From Candidatus Latescibacterota bacterium (GTDB taxonomy: Bacteria; Latescibacterota; UBA2968; GCA-2709665), in the NCBI GenBank assembly GCA_965237675.1, contig OZ250150.1, positions 4,384,001 to 4,448,000 on the forward strand: DNA of 64,000 nt, written 5' to 3'. The translations under genes and the position numbers were made by a program. This document shows positions 9,625-20,214 of the stretch, piece after piece; the first letter of the stretch is position 1, and each line of letters begins with the position of its first letter. A model generated the notes under the pieces. That model worked only from the letters and a program-made list of their open reading frames with translations, was not told the DNA's origin and ran no database searches.

Positions 9625-10484
9625 CGCTTTTTCCTGTGACCCAGAAACTTGAAGAAGTCCGTGCGCAGGGGTAACACGACCGTGGTGTTGCCCTCCGTGA
9701 GCGTGCGTTCGTAGGCCTCGAGCGTGCGCTGGAACTCATAGAACCGCGGGTCTTTCTGGAATGCCTGCGCATAAATTGCCAGCGCCTCGGCATCGCCCTC
9801 GCCCCGGGTCAGTTGCGACTTATGAAACGCGTCGGACGTGATCCGCGTGACCTCCAGGTCGGTTTCGGCGCGGATCTTGAGGGCCGCCTCTTCGCCCTCG
9901 GCGCGATACTCCTTGGCCTGCCGGGCGCGCTCGGCCCTCATCCGGTCGAACACGTTCTTTTTGTTCTCCTCCGGCAGGTCGGCGCGTTTGACGCGCACGT
10001 CCACCACGTCCACGCCCAGTTCCTCGGCGTCCTGGCGCGATCGCTCCGTGACCTTATCCATAATCGCTTTCCGATTCCCGGAAACGATCTCAGTGAGCGT
10101 CCGCCGACCCAACTCCTCCCGCACGGCCGCATAGATGATATCGTCCAGGCGGGATTGGGCGCCGCGGACCGTCTGCACGGACTTCAGGAATTTCAGCGGG
10201 TTGACAATACGCCACCTGGCGAAATTGTCCACAATCAGGTTCTTTTTGTCCGACGTGTAAATGGGCGCCGGTTCGGCATCGCTATACAGCAGGCGGTCGT
10301 CGAAGGAGTGAAGCCGTTCGACAAACGGCACTTTCCAATGCAGGCCAGCGCTCTGGATGGTGCGCCTGGGCTCGCCCAGCCGGGTTACGACCACCTGTTC
10401 GCGCTCGTCCACCGTAAAGAGTACCGATTCGACCAGCAGCCCCGCCACCACGACCGCCACAATCAGTTTGATAATCAATTTCAT
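9621..10484 (-). CDS. hflC: FtsH protease modulator HflC
   Basis: SPFH domain; TSDKKNLIVDNFARWRI, DVRVKRADLP, RMRAER, FYEFQRTLEAY. Confidence 0.95.
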   Translation of the reverse strand: MKLIIKLIVAVVVAGLLVESVLFTVDEREQVVVTRLGEPRRTIQSAGLHWKVPFVERLHSFDDRLLYSDAEPAPIYTSDKKNLIVDNFARWRIVNPLKFLKSVQTVRGAQSRLDDIIYAAVREELGRRTLTEIVSGNRKAIMDKVTERSRQDAEELGVDVVDVRVKRADLPEENKKNVFDRMRAERARQAKEYRAEGEEAALKIRAETDLEVTRITSDAFHKSQLTRGEGDAEALAIYAQAFQKDPRFYEFQRTLEAYERTLTEGNTTVVLPLRTDFFKFLGHRKKR

Positions 10485-10501
10485 CGTTATTTCCCTTCAG
10501 T

Positions 10502-11488
10502 TTACTTCGGTTCAACGGATCTCGGCGCGTTGGGCTGCAAATTCAACAGATTCACAAAACCGCTCCCCTTGCCGTCGGACTCGATCACGAATTTCTCGAT
10601 ATGGGGCAGAATCTTCTCCATCGTTTCCAGGTAAAGCCGTAATTCGGTGACGTCTTTGGCCTTGCGGTACTCTGTCAGAATTTTCAGGAACCGCTCCGCG
10701 TCACCCAGAGACCGTTTGACCCGCTCGATCGTATACGCCTCCGCCCCCCGAAGCATTTTCTCGGCCTCGCCCCGCGCTCTCGGGATCACTTCGTTCTGAT
10801 AGGCTTCGGCCTCGTTGCGCAGCCGCTCTCTATCCTCCCGAGCGCTGGCAACGTCTTTAAATGCATGGTCCACCTCGCGCGGCACGGACACCGTCTGCAG
10901 CTTCACGTTCTCCACGTGCAAACCGATCTGGTAGAGTTCGAAGACGTCTTTAACCTGCTGCTCGATCTCACTCTGGATTTTGAATTTCCCTTCGGTGAGC
11001 GCTTCGTCAATCGCCGACCGCCCCACCACCTGGCGAACCGCCGCTTCCACCACGCTTCGGACGGCATGCGTCTGGTCCGCGACGTTGAACACATAGTCTT
11101 CAATGTCGCTGATTCGATACTGAACGATCAACTCGACGTTCACCATATTCTCGTCGCCGGTGAGCATGGACGCCTCCCGGCTCACGGTCTGATACCGGGG
11201 CGCCGGTTCCACAGCAATGGTCCGGAACCCGATCTCCACCCGCTTCACCTCACTCACCTGCTCGATTTCCACCGACTCGATCGGCCAGGGCAAACGGTAG
11301 TGAATACCGGGCTCCGATACCCCCATGCTACGTCCGAAACGAAACATCACCGCCTGTTCGGCCGGCTGCACGATGTAGATCCCGCTGGCAACCCACAACA
11401 GGACCAGAATACCCAGCCCGTAGTAGACCAGCCGAGGGCTGAAGGACAGGTCGAAGCTCGGCCGACCTGGAAAATCATACTGTTGCAT
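10502..11488 (-). CDS. hflK: FtsH protease modulator HflK
   Basis: MLTGDENMVNV, AFKDVASARED, NEAEAYQNEVIPRARGEA, RLYLETME. Confidence 0.95.
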   Translation of the reverse strand: MQQYDFPGRPSFDLSFSPRLVYYGLGILVLLWVASGIYIVQPAEQAVMFRFGRSMGVSEPGIHYRLPWPIESVEIEQVSEVKRVEIGFRTIAVEPAPRYQTVSREASMLTGDENMVNVELIVQYRISDIEDYVFNVADQTHAVRSVVEAAVRQVVGRSAIDEALTEGKFKIQSEIEQQVKDVFELYQIGLHVENVKLQTVSVPREVDHAFKDVASAREDRERLRNEAEAYQNEVIPRARGEAEKMLRGAEAYTIERVKRSLGDAERFLKILTEYRKAKDVTELRLYLETMEKILPHIEKFVIESDGKGSGFVNLLNLQPNAPRSVEPK

Positions 11489-11568
11489 AGGACAAACCCC
11501 TCGAGAAAATTGTCGGCAACACCCTCACGGGATGCCGCCGGAAGGAGACAAAACGGCGTACGAACGTC

Positions 11569-12030
11569 TTATGGTAGATAATCACGGATCCGACCCATCT
11601 GCTCGACGCCCCGGAAGCAACACGTGATGCCCGCGACCCGGTTGGCAAACCGGCTCGCCGTGGCCACACTGACCGTTTGCAGAAACGACCACGTAAAACC
11701 CATCAGGAACGCGTCTCCACATCCGGTCTCGTCGACGGGAACATCCGCGGCCCTGGACGGGTAACGCTGGACTTCAACCGCGCCCCGCGAATTCCTTCGC
11801 GACCGAATCGGCCCCGTGTTCGCCGCGGGTAATCAACAGCGCCCTCGGACCCAGGGCCAGAACACGCTCGCCGAATTTACGGATGGCCTTTTCGCTATTC
11901 AGGGCCACGCCTCCCAGCGCGGCGGCACCCGAAAAAACCTGCGGCGATTCCTGTCGATTCCCAGCGTGAGACTATGCACGTCCAACAGCACGAGGCCGAG
12001 GGCCGCGCGCCGGAAGGCCTGCATCGTCTG
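11569..12030 (-). pseudogene. Decayed PfkB-family carbohydrate kinase (C-terminal half)
   Basis: Minus-strand translation VDETGCGDAFLMGF...ASRFANRVAG (PfkB signature DTxGAGDAF), stop at 11569-11571; upstream LLDVHSLTLGI segment; internal stops, no N-terminus. Confidence 0.7.
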
Positions 12031-12127
12031 GGGATAGTTTTTGAATGTACCACAAATTCCGGTAGGTGTCAACCCCAATCCCCCGTCAATCGAACCGTCC
12101 GACTCCACCATCCGATCGCCGCCCTGG

Positions 12128-14209
12128 TCACCCCGCGTGCGCCGTCCGCCCGTCCAGGTTCACGGATTCCACGCACCGGCGCAACGCCTTATGGCTTTCG
12201 AGGTTCGGATCCTTGTCCAGAAGGCGGACCGCTTCCCCGCGGGCCGACCTGACCAGGTCCAAGTCCCGTGTCAGGTCGGCGAAGCGAAACTCGGGATATC
12301 CCGCCTGCCGGGTGCCGAAGATCTGCCCGGGCCCGCGGATCTTCAGATCCATCTCCGCGATTTCGAACCCGTCGCCCGTGGCGGCCATGGCTTCCAGCCT
12401 GGCTTTCGCGTCGGGGGTGACCTCGCCCTCCGGGTCGGCAATCAGGATACAATACGACTCGGCGGTCCCGCGCCCGACCCTTCCCCTGAGCTGGTGCAGT
12501 TGCGCCAGCCCGAAGCGCTCCGCGTGTTCCACCATCATCACCGTTGCGTTCGGAACGTCGACTCCGACTTCGATCACCGTCGTCGACACCAGCGCATCCA
12601 GTGCGCCGCTCCGAAACGCGGCCATTACCGCCTCCTTTTCCGCGGGAGGAAGGCGGCCGTGCAGCAACCCCAGCCGGAGCCCCGACAGGACGCCTCCACC
12701 CAATTCCTCGAATGCCGCCGCCGCGGCCTTGAAATCTCCCTCTCGGGATTCTTCAATCATCGGAAAGACGATATAGGCCTGCCCGCCTCCCGACACTTGT
12801 TCGCGCAGAAAGCGATAGGCTTTCGCCCGGTCCGCCGCCGTTCGCCACCCGGTCTTAACCGGCCTACGACCGGGCGGGAGTTCGTCCAGCACCGTCACCT
12901 CCAGGTCGCCATAGAGTGTCAAGGCCAGGGATCGGGGAATGGGTGTGGCCGTCATCACCAGCATATGGGCGCCGGCCTCCTTCTCCAGCAGCGCCGCCCG
13001 CTGCAGCACGCCGAATCGATGCTGCTCGTCCACGACGGCCAACCCGAGCCTGGCAAACGCCACCCCTTCATGCAGGAGTGCGTGGGTGCCCACCACGAGG
13101 TGGACACGTCCCGCCGCCAGGCCTTCCAGAATCTCGCGCCGCTCCCGCGCGCCCTGCCGACCGGTAAGGCACGCGACCGAAAGCCCCAGCCTCGCCGTGA
13201 GGGCGCGGACGGTCGCGGCGTGCTGCTCCGCCAGAATCTCGGTGGGGGCCATCATCGCCGCCTGCGTGCCGCCGTCAACCGCCGACAGCATGGCCAGCAC
13301 CGCCACCAGGGTCTTGCCCGACCCTACGTCGCCTTGCAGAAGCCGGCGCATCGGCCTGCCGCGGGCGAGGTCCTCGGCGATCTCGTGCAGGGCCCGTCGC
13401 TGGGCTCCGGTGGGCTCAAAGGGTAATGTTCCGATCAGTTGTCGGGACAGCGCGCCGCCTGCGGGAATGACGGGCGCCGGCCGTTCGTTCCGACCCGGCT
13501 GGGAAATCCGCAGCCGCAGCTGAAAGAATAGCAGTTCATCGAACGCCAGCCTCCGGCGCGCAGCCGTCACGTCTCTTCGGGAATCGGGAAAATGAAGCTT
13601 CCTCACGGCCTCGTCGAGTGGGAGTGCCTCGTTACGAACCCTCATCCGGTCCGGCAACGGATCCGGCACGTCCACGTCTTCCAGCGCCTGGTGGATGACC
13701 CTGCGCAGACCGCGGCTGGTGAGGCGCTCCGCTTTCATCCGCTCCGTTGTCGAATAGACGGGGATCACGCGCCCCGTATGGACCCGCGTTCCCTCGCCAC
13801 CCTCCGAGATCACCTCGACGTCCGGATGAACCATCTGCCGTTTTCGCCCGAATCGGCTCACCTTGCCCCCTACGGCCAGGACGTCGTCAGGCGCGAACGC
13901 GTGCCGGAGATATCGGTGCCCTGAAAACCAGACGCATTCCAGCGTTCCCGAATCGTCTTCCAGCACCAGAATGAACCGGGGTCGCCTGCCAGGAACCACG
14001 TCCCTGCTGCGAACCGTGGCGACCGCCGTGACCTCCGTGTCCGCCGGAAGATCCGCGATGGGCGACTGCCGCGTGCGATCCACGTACCGGTACGGAAGGA
14101 AAAGGAGGAGATCCGCAAGGGTTGAAATCCCGACCTCCCGCAGCAAACCCTCCCGTTTCGCGCCAATGCCGCGTACGGAGCTTACGGGACTCGCCAGATC
14201 GGGAAACAT
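12128..14209 (-). CDS. recG: ATP-dependent DNA helicase RecG
   Basis: RLLQGDVGSGKT, MAPTEILAEQH, DEQHRFG, MTATPIPRSL, QLHQLRGRVGRG; start taken at ATG 14209. Confidence 0.97.
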   Translation of the reverse strand: MFPDLASPVSSVRGIGAKREGLLREVGISTLADLLLFLPYRYVDRTRQSPIADLPADTEVTAVATVRSRDVVPGRRPRFILVLEDDSGTLECVWFSGHRYLRHAFAPDDVLAVGGKVSRFGRKRQMVHPDVEVISEGGEGTRVHTGRVIPVYSTTERMKAERLTSRGLRRVIHQALEDVDVPDPLPDRMRVRNEALPLDEAVRKLHFPDSRRDVTAARRRLAFDELLFFQLRLRISQPGRNERPAPVIPAGGALSRQLIGTLPFEPTGAQRRALHEIAEDLARGRPMRRLLQGDVGSGKTLVAVLAMLSAVDGGTQAAMMAPTEILAEQHAATVRALTARLGLSVACLTGRQGARERREILEGLAAGRVHLVVGTHALLHEGVAFARLGLAVVDEQHRFGVLQRAALLEKEAGAHMLVMTATPIPRSLALTLYGDLEVTVLDELPPGRRPVKTGWRTAADRAKAYRFLREQVSGGGQAYIVFPMIEESREGDFKAAAAAFEELGGGVLSGLRLGLLHGRLPPAEKEAVMAAFRSGALDALVSTTVIEVGVDVPNATVMMVEHAERFGLAQLHQLRGRVGRGTAESYCILIADPEGEVTPDAKARLEAMAATGDGFEIAEMDLKIRGPGQIFGTRQAGYPEFRFADLTRDLDLVRSARGEAVRLLDKDPNLESHKALRRCVESVNLDGRTAHAG

Positions 14210-14545
14210 CCTCGTGCCTCTCGTGAATTCAAGGGAAAGAACGGACGCGGTGCCGCGTCCCGACAGACCCCGCCGCGGCACGCCGGCGTCGGACCTGCGC
14301 CGTGCGCGATACAGCGGATCTTGCGAATATAGATAATCCGCAAAAACCCGTCAAGAACCGGCGCCCCGCTACCGCCGATCGATACGGGGTGACCCGCTGC
14401 CGCATTTCTCTTGTTCCCGTCCGCATGGCGTGCTATCATGCAGCAGGATGCGGCCGGGCGGGTTTCTGCACAGCCCCGGCTCGCAAATGCTTTTCGCCTC
14501 AATCATTGCCGGCGACTCGATGGACCCGCCACGTGGAGCACGAAT

Positions 14546-15232
14546 ATGGAGCCCGGATCCATTCATGAAGCCGCGGGCAGAGGCGACCTGGACACATTGA
14601 AGAAAATCGTCGAGGAGAGGCCCTGGACGGTCGACCAGGACGACCGGCACGGATGGCGCCCCATATTCCACGCCGGACTGCGCCGCCGCCGCGATATTGT
14701 CCATTATCTGATCGACCGCGGCGCTGATCTGGCCGCTCACGACGGTTACGCGATGCACTATGCGGCCGAAGTGCCCGACAATAAAGACGTCGTGTCGTTG
14801 CTTGTCTCGTATGGCGCATTGGACGCGCATACGAAACCGGCAGGCGAACTCGCCCGCCAGCTCATCTACGCCGTGTACCTTGCCAACGCGCCCCGGATCA
14901 ACGCCATGCTTGATGCCGAAGCGTCGCTGGCGTGGGAGCGCTACTCGCGCGGGGATACGGCCCTGCACCACGCCACCCGAAACGGCGACCTGGAAATCGT
15001 CATACATCTGGTCGACCACGGCGCCGACGTCAATGCCACGTCGGACAACGGCCACTTCCCCCTGTACTGCGCCGCAGGACACGGCCATGCGGAAACGACC
15101 CGCTACCTTCTGGAAAACGGCGCGGATCCAGCGGCAGCGATGAACGATGGAAAGACGGTTGCGGAATGGTTGAAACAATATGTAAGTCACGACCATCGTC
15201 TGAGGTCCTGCCTCCAGATCCTGGAGACATAA
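14546..15232 (+). CDS. Ankyrin repeat protein
   Basis: GDTALHHATRNGDLEIVIHLVDHGADVNA and further ANK units; GGAG RBS. Confidence 0.9.
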   Translation: MEPGSIHEAAGRGDLDTLKKIVEERPWTVDQDDRHGWRPIFHAGLRRRRDIVHYLIDRGADLAAHDGYAMHYAAEVPDNKDVVSLLVSYGALDAHTKPAGELARQLIYAVYLANAPRINAMLDAEASLAWERYSRGDTALHHATRNGDLEIVIHLVDHGADVNATSDNGHFPLYCAAGHGHAETTRYLLENGADPAAAMNDGKTVAEWLKQYVSHDHRLRSCLQILET

Positions 15233-15897
15233 TCTGTCGCGGCGGCGCCGGGGCAGGGACGAACGGGTTTTCGGCGGCATTGCGCTCGCGCCAATCTCGC
15301 TTTCGTCGGAACCCGCGACGACGATCCGGAGGTTGTCGTTTCGATACCGCGAGTTCTTTTTGTTGCGTGGGCATAAATTTACTTGACAACGATTGCACCA
15401 TTTCTTTTATTACGGTAGTGTGAGAGTCCGTTGTGAACGCGCTATCGTATCCACTCCTCCCCCATATCCGTATAAGTCCTTGAGGTAATAGAACTTATCG
15501 CTCTGGTATTGCCGCGAGCCCTTCAGGGGTGCTTGTGTAAGTCGAGCCAAATTATCGATCGCCAATGCAGCAGAAGCGTGAGAATCGATGGAAAATGGGC
15601 CGGGCGGAAATACCGGGACCTGTGAATCACGCCGTCGTGCGATTCGTTCAACCGCGAGCCGATCTGCAAATCAACAGTTCAGATATCCCCAGGCAGAGCC
15701 GGAACATCCCCCGAGGTACCCTGGCAGAAAACAACCTCCGGCTCAAGACTGATGGCGCTCCGGAATCCGGAGAGCAGTTTTTGTGGGATGTTCGTGACGG
15801 GGAGGATTTCATTACGCTCACGCCGCCCCGTCGGTAACCGTTGCGACCGCGATTTGGTGCGGGCCGTGGCAAGTAACTAATATTCAGGGAGGTAGAC

Positions 15898-16227
15898 ATG
15901 GCAGGTAGAGTAATAGCAGGTCTCGTTGCTCTCGGTGCGATCATTGGGGGCCTGGCCGGCGACGCGGTCCTGGGCGAGGGCATCCTCGCGCTCGTGCTGG
16001 TTATCTTGGGTCTGGCCTATGCTGGCGTGGCGATCGACGCCGAAGACGCAACGGCCTACCTCGTGCTTGCAATTGCCGTCGGCGGCGCGGGCATGGCGAA
16101 CGTATTGGGCAGTATCCCGGGGATCGGCGAGAAACTGGACGCCATCGTCGATCTGGCCAGTATATCTCTGTATGCCGGTGTGGTTACCGTGCTCGCACAG
16201 AGGACGCTGAATCGCATCAAGGGGTAA
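15898..16227 (+). CDS. Small integral membrane protein of unknown function
   Basis: Strong GGAGG RBS; 109 aa with about four hydrophobic helices. Confidence 0.75.
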   Translation: MAGRVIAGLVALGAIIGGLAGDAVLGEGILALVLVILGLAYAGVAIDAEDATAYLVLAIAVGGAGMANVLGSIPGIGEKLDAIVDLASISLYAGVVTVLAQRTLNRIKG

Positions 16228-16490
16228 GAACCTCCAACCGATGAGTACCCTTTAACGGCAGTTTGGCCTCGGACAGCAGGATATCCGACCGCACCATCGC
16301 GCGGCGTCGCACAATTTATTCGCGCGCCGCCACAAGCCACTCCCCCGGGCGACACCAGGACGGAAGGATTCCTGCAACGCCAAAGACGGGAACAGAGGAT
16401 TCACCCAATCTGCCGGGAAGCGGTTGTAAGTAGGGATTCACACCGGTCACCGGATTTTCTGCCCTCAACGCCGGCGACTTCTTCGCAGAC

Positions 16491-16526
16491 ACAAGACCCC
16501 CGGGTTTAATCCCTCGGGGGTCTTGT
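16491..16526. repeat. Isolated intergenic hairpin
   Basis: ACAAGACCCCCG ... CGGGGGTCTTGT inverted repeat. Confidence 0.45.
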
Positions 16527-16833
16527 CGTATCTGAACCAACCGGAACGGACGGTCGACGTCTGTCCCGCCCGTTCATGCAAAGTCAGCTTGGAGAATCCG
16601 GGCCGGACCGGTGGCGCTTCTCGACATTCCGACACCAACACGGTTCCGCCCCGGGCGCCTTCTTCCGCCTCCCAGGGAGTCCGGGATGGGCCGTCGGAAT
16701 CTGGCCGACGGCAGTCGGCGCAGCCGGCGGGAAACCGATCACCCCGTAAGCACCTCCCGCCGGGGCGCCTCGATCCCCCATCCACATCGACTTTTTCCCG
16801 GTTACGCCACGCCCGCACACGGAGAAACGTGCG

Positions 16834-19225
16834 ATGTCGCCCCATTGCCCTCTGCGAAATTCCATATTGGCACTTGCCCTGATTTTCGTCGGATGCCAGC
16901 CGGACGAAAAGGTGACGGTTTCCGGCGCGGTGACGAAACCGGGCGCGTACCGGTACGCCCCGGACAGACTGGCGGCGGATTATCTGGAGGATGCCGGCGG
17001 CGCAACCGAGGAGGCGCTGTTGGACGAGGCCCACGTGTCGCGCGTGCGTGCGGACACGTCCGGGGTGGCGGATATCGGAGACGTGACGATTCCGCTGTCG
17101 GAGAATCCTGAGATATCGCCTGGAGATGAGATTCGGATTCCCGGGCGCATTTATGACGTGCGGTTAGACACGGTTCGGCGCGTGGACGACGTCAGGCTGG
17201 TCGACGGGAATCGAATCTATCGGATTCCCTCGGGCGCCCTGGTGTCCGGGTGGACGGAACGCGGCGTCCAGGTGGCGCTGATGCTGGGACGCGGAAAGGT
17301 TTTCGAAACGCCCGATACGTCCAAGGCGGTGTCGGCCTTTCACTATCTGTACATCCATCTGCATCCCGGAGAATATCCGCGCCTGGCGCGATTTACCGGG
17401 GAAATCGTGGACAGTCTGGAGGCGCTCGAAGACGCCCACGCCATCCACAGGCGGGCTGTAAACTCCCTGGAACACCTGCGTGACGGAGGTCTGCAGCTTC
17501 CCGCCCCACGGGTATTGGCGCGTGATAGAGGGCTATTTCCTGGCCCCGAGGAGGACATCGCGTCCCGGGAGAGGCATGCGCCGGCGCCGGTTCAAGGACG
17601 GACGCGTGTTGACGACCTTTCCGGACGGGCGGCAGCGATGGCAGCACCCTGACGGGCGGGTCAGCTTGGCGTCACCGAGCGGCGCCACCGAAGACCGGTT
17701 TCCCGATGGACGAATCGTGTTCACCGACCGGTGGAAAAACGTGCGCACCACGTATCCCGACGGGCGGGTCAACGTGGCGTTTCCGAGCGGCGCCACCGAA
17801 GACCGGTTTCCCGACGGACGGATTGTGTACACCGACCGGTGGAAGAACGTGCGTACCACGTATCCCGACGGCCGTCGGGAATGGAGAATGGCGTCGGGAA
17901 GGCGGGTGGAACGGGCGACCGACGGTCGGATAGTCAGGCACAATGTGGACGGCGATTTAATTGAAAAGATGCCGGACGGCGGAACCCGCCGCGTTGCTCT
18001 GGACAGTTCGACATGGATTAAAGACGCCAACGGCGTGATCACATTGATCGGCGGGAAATCCCTGAAAAAGATATATCCAGACGGACGACATGTACTAATT
18101 ACGGAAAAAGGCGACGAAGTCACCACGTATCCGGACGGACGGCGCGTATCCCGTCTGGCCGATGGCACAGTCATTCATTTCGATCCCGCAGACAGTGTGG
18201 CCGCAAGGCCCGCTTCGCGACAGGCGGCGGGCATCCCGGTGGAGAAAGATCCCCGGGGGACGCCGCGCGAGGGTGTCACGTCGATTTGGAGCGGCGACGG
18301 CCGGTTGGCAACCCGCGGAGAGGGAAGTTTGCGCACCGTCCGCCCCGACGAATATACGACCTCAAAAGGGGGGACCCGGGAGACGTTTCCCGATGGGCGA
18401 CGGGTCGAGTCCGATCGCATCGGCCATACGATTACCTCCTGGACCGACGGGAGAAAGGAAGTCCGGATGCCCGTCGCTTACGGTTATCCGGGTCAGTTGA
18501 AAACAGGCCTGGCAACGGTCGACCGGCTTCCGAAGGCGGTCGCCGTCGGCGAAGAACTGACCGTGTCGGGACAGATCCATGGCGAGGTGGAAGATATAAA
18601 CGTGATAGCATTTCTCGTACCCGACGGAGACGCGATCAAAGGCGACGTACGCAGGCGGGGACGGCGGTTTCACGCGCGGTTCCGGTTCGGCGAGGCGGGG
18701 CATTGCCGCGTTCAGGTTCAGGTTGTATTGCCCAGAGCGCGCACGTATACGGTTTCCCACCAGTCCGTGATTGTCGGCAATCCCGATGACCTGGAAGGCG
18801 AAGTCCTGGAAATTGCTCCTTATCCGGGGGACGAGGCCGCCCAGTTGTTTCTGATCGATCGAATTAACGCGGCCCGGAAGCGGATTCGACGCGGTTCGGT
18901 ATTTCCACATCCCGAGTTGATGCACGTGGCGCGCATCCGGCTCGAAGAGATGCTTGCGATGGGTTATATATCCCATTTTTCCATGACAGGATTGGACGTG
19001 GGATGGCATGCGGCCTACCGCCGGTTGCCCTTCCACCACGTGGGTGAAAATGTGGCGAGGACGCGTTTTGTCGAAACGATGCACGCCGGCTGGATGCTGA
19101 GCGCGGGGCACCGTGCGAATATCCTGGCGAAGCACTGGACGCATGTGGGGGTGGCGGTTGCCGAAGCGGAGGGATCGGTCTGGGGCGTTCAGGTATTCGC
19201 GCGGCGTTTCGACCGGGGCCCTTAG
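16834..19225 (+). CDS. Putative lipoprotein: SLBB domain, PDG beta-hairpin repeats and C-terminal CAP (SCP) domain; split by a +1 frameshift near 17500
   Basis: LIFVGC lipobox; VTVSGAVTKPGAY (SLBB); many xTxYPDGR repeats; CAP motifs INAAR, YISH, VGENVA, WMLSAGHRANIL, HVGVAV; ORFs 16834-17652 and 17480-19225 join if one C is removed. Confidence 0.7.
17648..17872 (+). repeat. 108-bp intragenic tandem duplication (36 aa)
   Basis: PSGATEDRFPDGRIV(F/Y)TDRWKNVRTTYPDGR occurs twice, DNA nearly identical at offset 108. Confidence 0.85.
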
Positions 19226-19386
19226 AAGCTGTTTTAAAATTCCCAGCGGTCTTCGCGCGGCTGCAAAAGCGCCGGTCGGCGTTGGTCAAACCCACCCGTA
19301 TCTTTAGATATGGGCGGGTTTTCCCGCCTTGACCGCCACTTTTTCGCTCGCGCTCGGGAACTCACCGATAATTTTAAAACAGCTTC
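19225..19386. mobile_element. MITE-like element, 162 bp
   Basis: Perfect 17-bp terminal inverted repeats GAAGCTGTTTTAAAATT / AATTTTAAAACAGCTTC, flanked by TTA on both sides; internal hairpin; no ORF. Confidence 0.8.
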
Positions 19387-19455
19387 TTAACGGTAAACGC
19401 CGTCACCCTTCCCTGTGCCCGGAACACAGTGGAAAATAAAGTCGGAAGAAAACAC

Positions 19456-19482
19456 TTGACAAAACAGACATATGTCTGTTTT
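19456..19482 (+). promoter_or_regulatory. -35 box and perfect 22-bp palindrome: candidate SOS operator of the imu cassette
   Basis: TTGACA 19456-19461 abutting AAAACAGACATATGTCTGTTTT (19461-19482). Confidence 0.7.
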
Positions 19483-19548
19483 TTTTGTTTATGAACGTTC
19501 CTTCAGGAGAATGCAGAACCGTTTTCACTCCCGGGAAAGGTCATCGAA

Positions 19549-20214
19549 GTGCAGGGTGTATCGAGCAACGTAAAACGTGAACGCTTGTCAGCCTTACAGG
19601 ACAGCGGGTTACAGCGCCTCCGGGTCGATCTGAGCAGGATCAGGATCCGAACGAAAACGCCACGCTGGTCGCTGGCGCAGTTGGCCGGGCGTCTTTGCGA
19701 ACTCTCCTCCAATTCAGGAGCCGGTCTGCTCACGGCCGCCTTCCGGCTGGTGCTGGATGCACAGATCGAGCATGAGCCGGCGGCCTGGATCACGGCCACG
19801 CCGGATACTTTCTTCGCCCCCGATGCAGCCGAAAACGGCGTGGACCTGGATGCCCTCGTTATCATCCACGTTCCCGATGCCCAGTCCGCGGCGCGCTCCG
19901 CGGACCGGCTCCTGAGATCGGGCGCGTTTGGCCTGATGGTGATGGATCTGCACTCCGATCCCACAATTCCGTTTCCGCTGCAGGCGCGCCTGGCCCACCT
20001 GGCGCGGGCCCACGACACCGCCCTGCTCTGCCTGACCTCAAAAGCCAGGGAGACGCCTTCTCTGGGACCGATGGTCTGTCTGAGAGGGCAATCCTCCTGC
20101 CGCCGTCTGGGGGTCGACCGCTTCCAATACGACATCGAGATTTTGAAGGACAGACGCCATGGACCGGGTTGGCGCCACACCGAAATCTGCCGCGGGCCGG
20201 ACGGCCTGCATTAA
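19549..20214 (+). CDS. imuA: ImuA-like RecA-fold protein
   Basis: GRLCELS, AAENGVDLDALVII, ADRLLRSGAFGLMVMD (RecA-like core), degenerate Walker A; first gene of the cassette; start uncertain. Confidence 0.75.
   Translation: MQGVSSNVKRERLSALQDSGLQRLRVDLSRIRIRTKTPRWSLAQLAGRLCELSSNSGAGLLTAAFRLVLDAQIEHEPAAWITATPDTFFAPDAAENGVDLDALVIIHVPDAQSAARSADRLLRSGAFGLMVMDLHSDPTIPFPLQARLAHLARAHDTALLCLTSKARETPSLGPMVCLRGQSSCRRLGVDRFQYDIEILKDRRHGPGWRHTEICRGPDGLH

Noticed and set aside
12041-13426. Long 461-aa ORF antisense to recG, and similar antisense or alternate-frame ORFs over dnaE2, hsdM, hsdR, rhaA, hflC/K and the deacetylase
   Set aside because: Shadow ORFs expected in GC-rich coding DNA; no recognisable motifs.
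15472-15498. Imperfect inverted repeat ATAAGTCCT-N9-AGAACTTAT
   Set aside because: Single, short and imperfect; no function can be assigned.
16330-16490. Possible cobalamin-type riboswitch on the minus strand (GGTGTGAATCC)
   Set aside because: Other conserved elements not found and no suitable downstream gene; would need an Infernal/Rfam scan.
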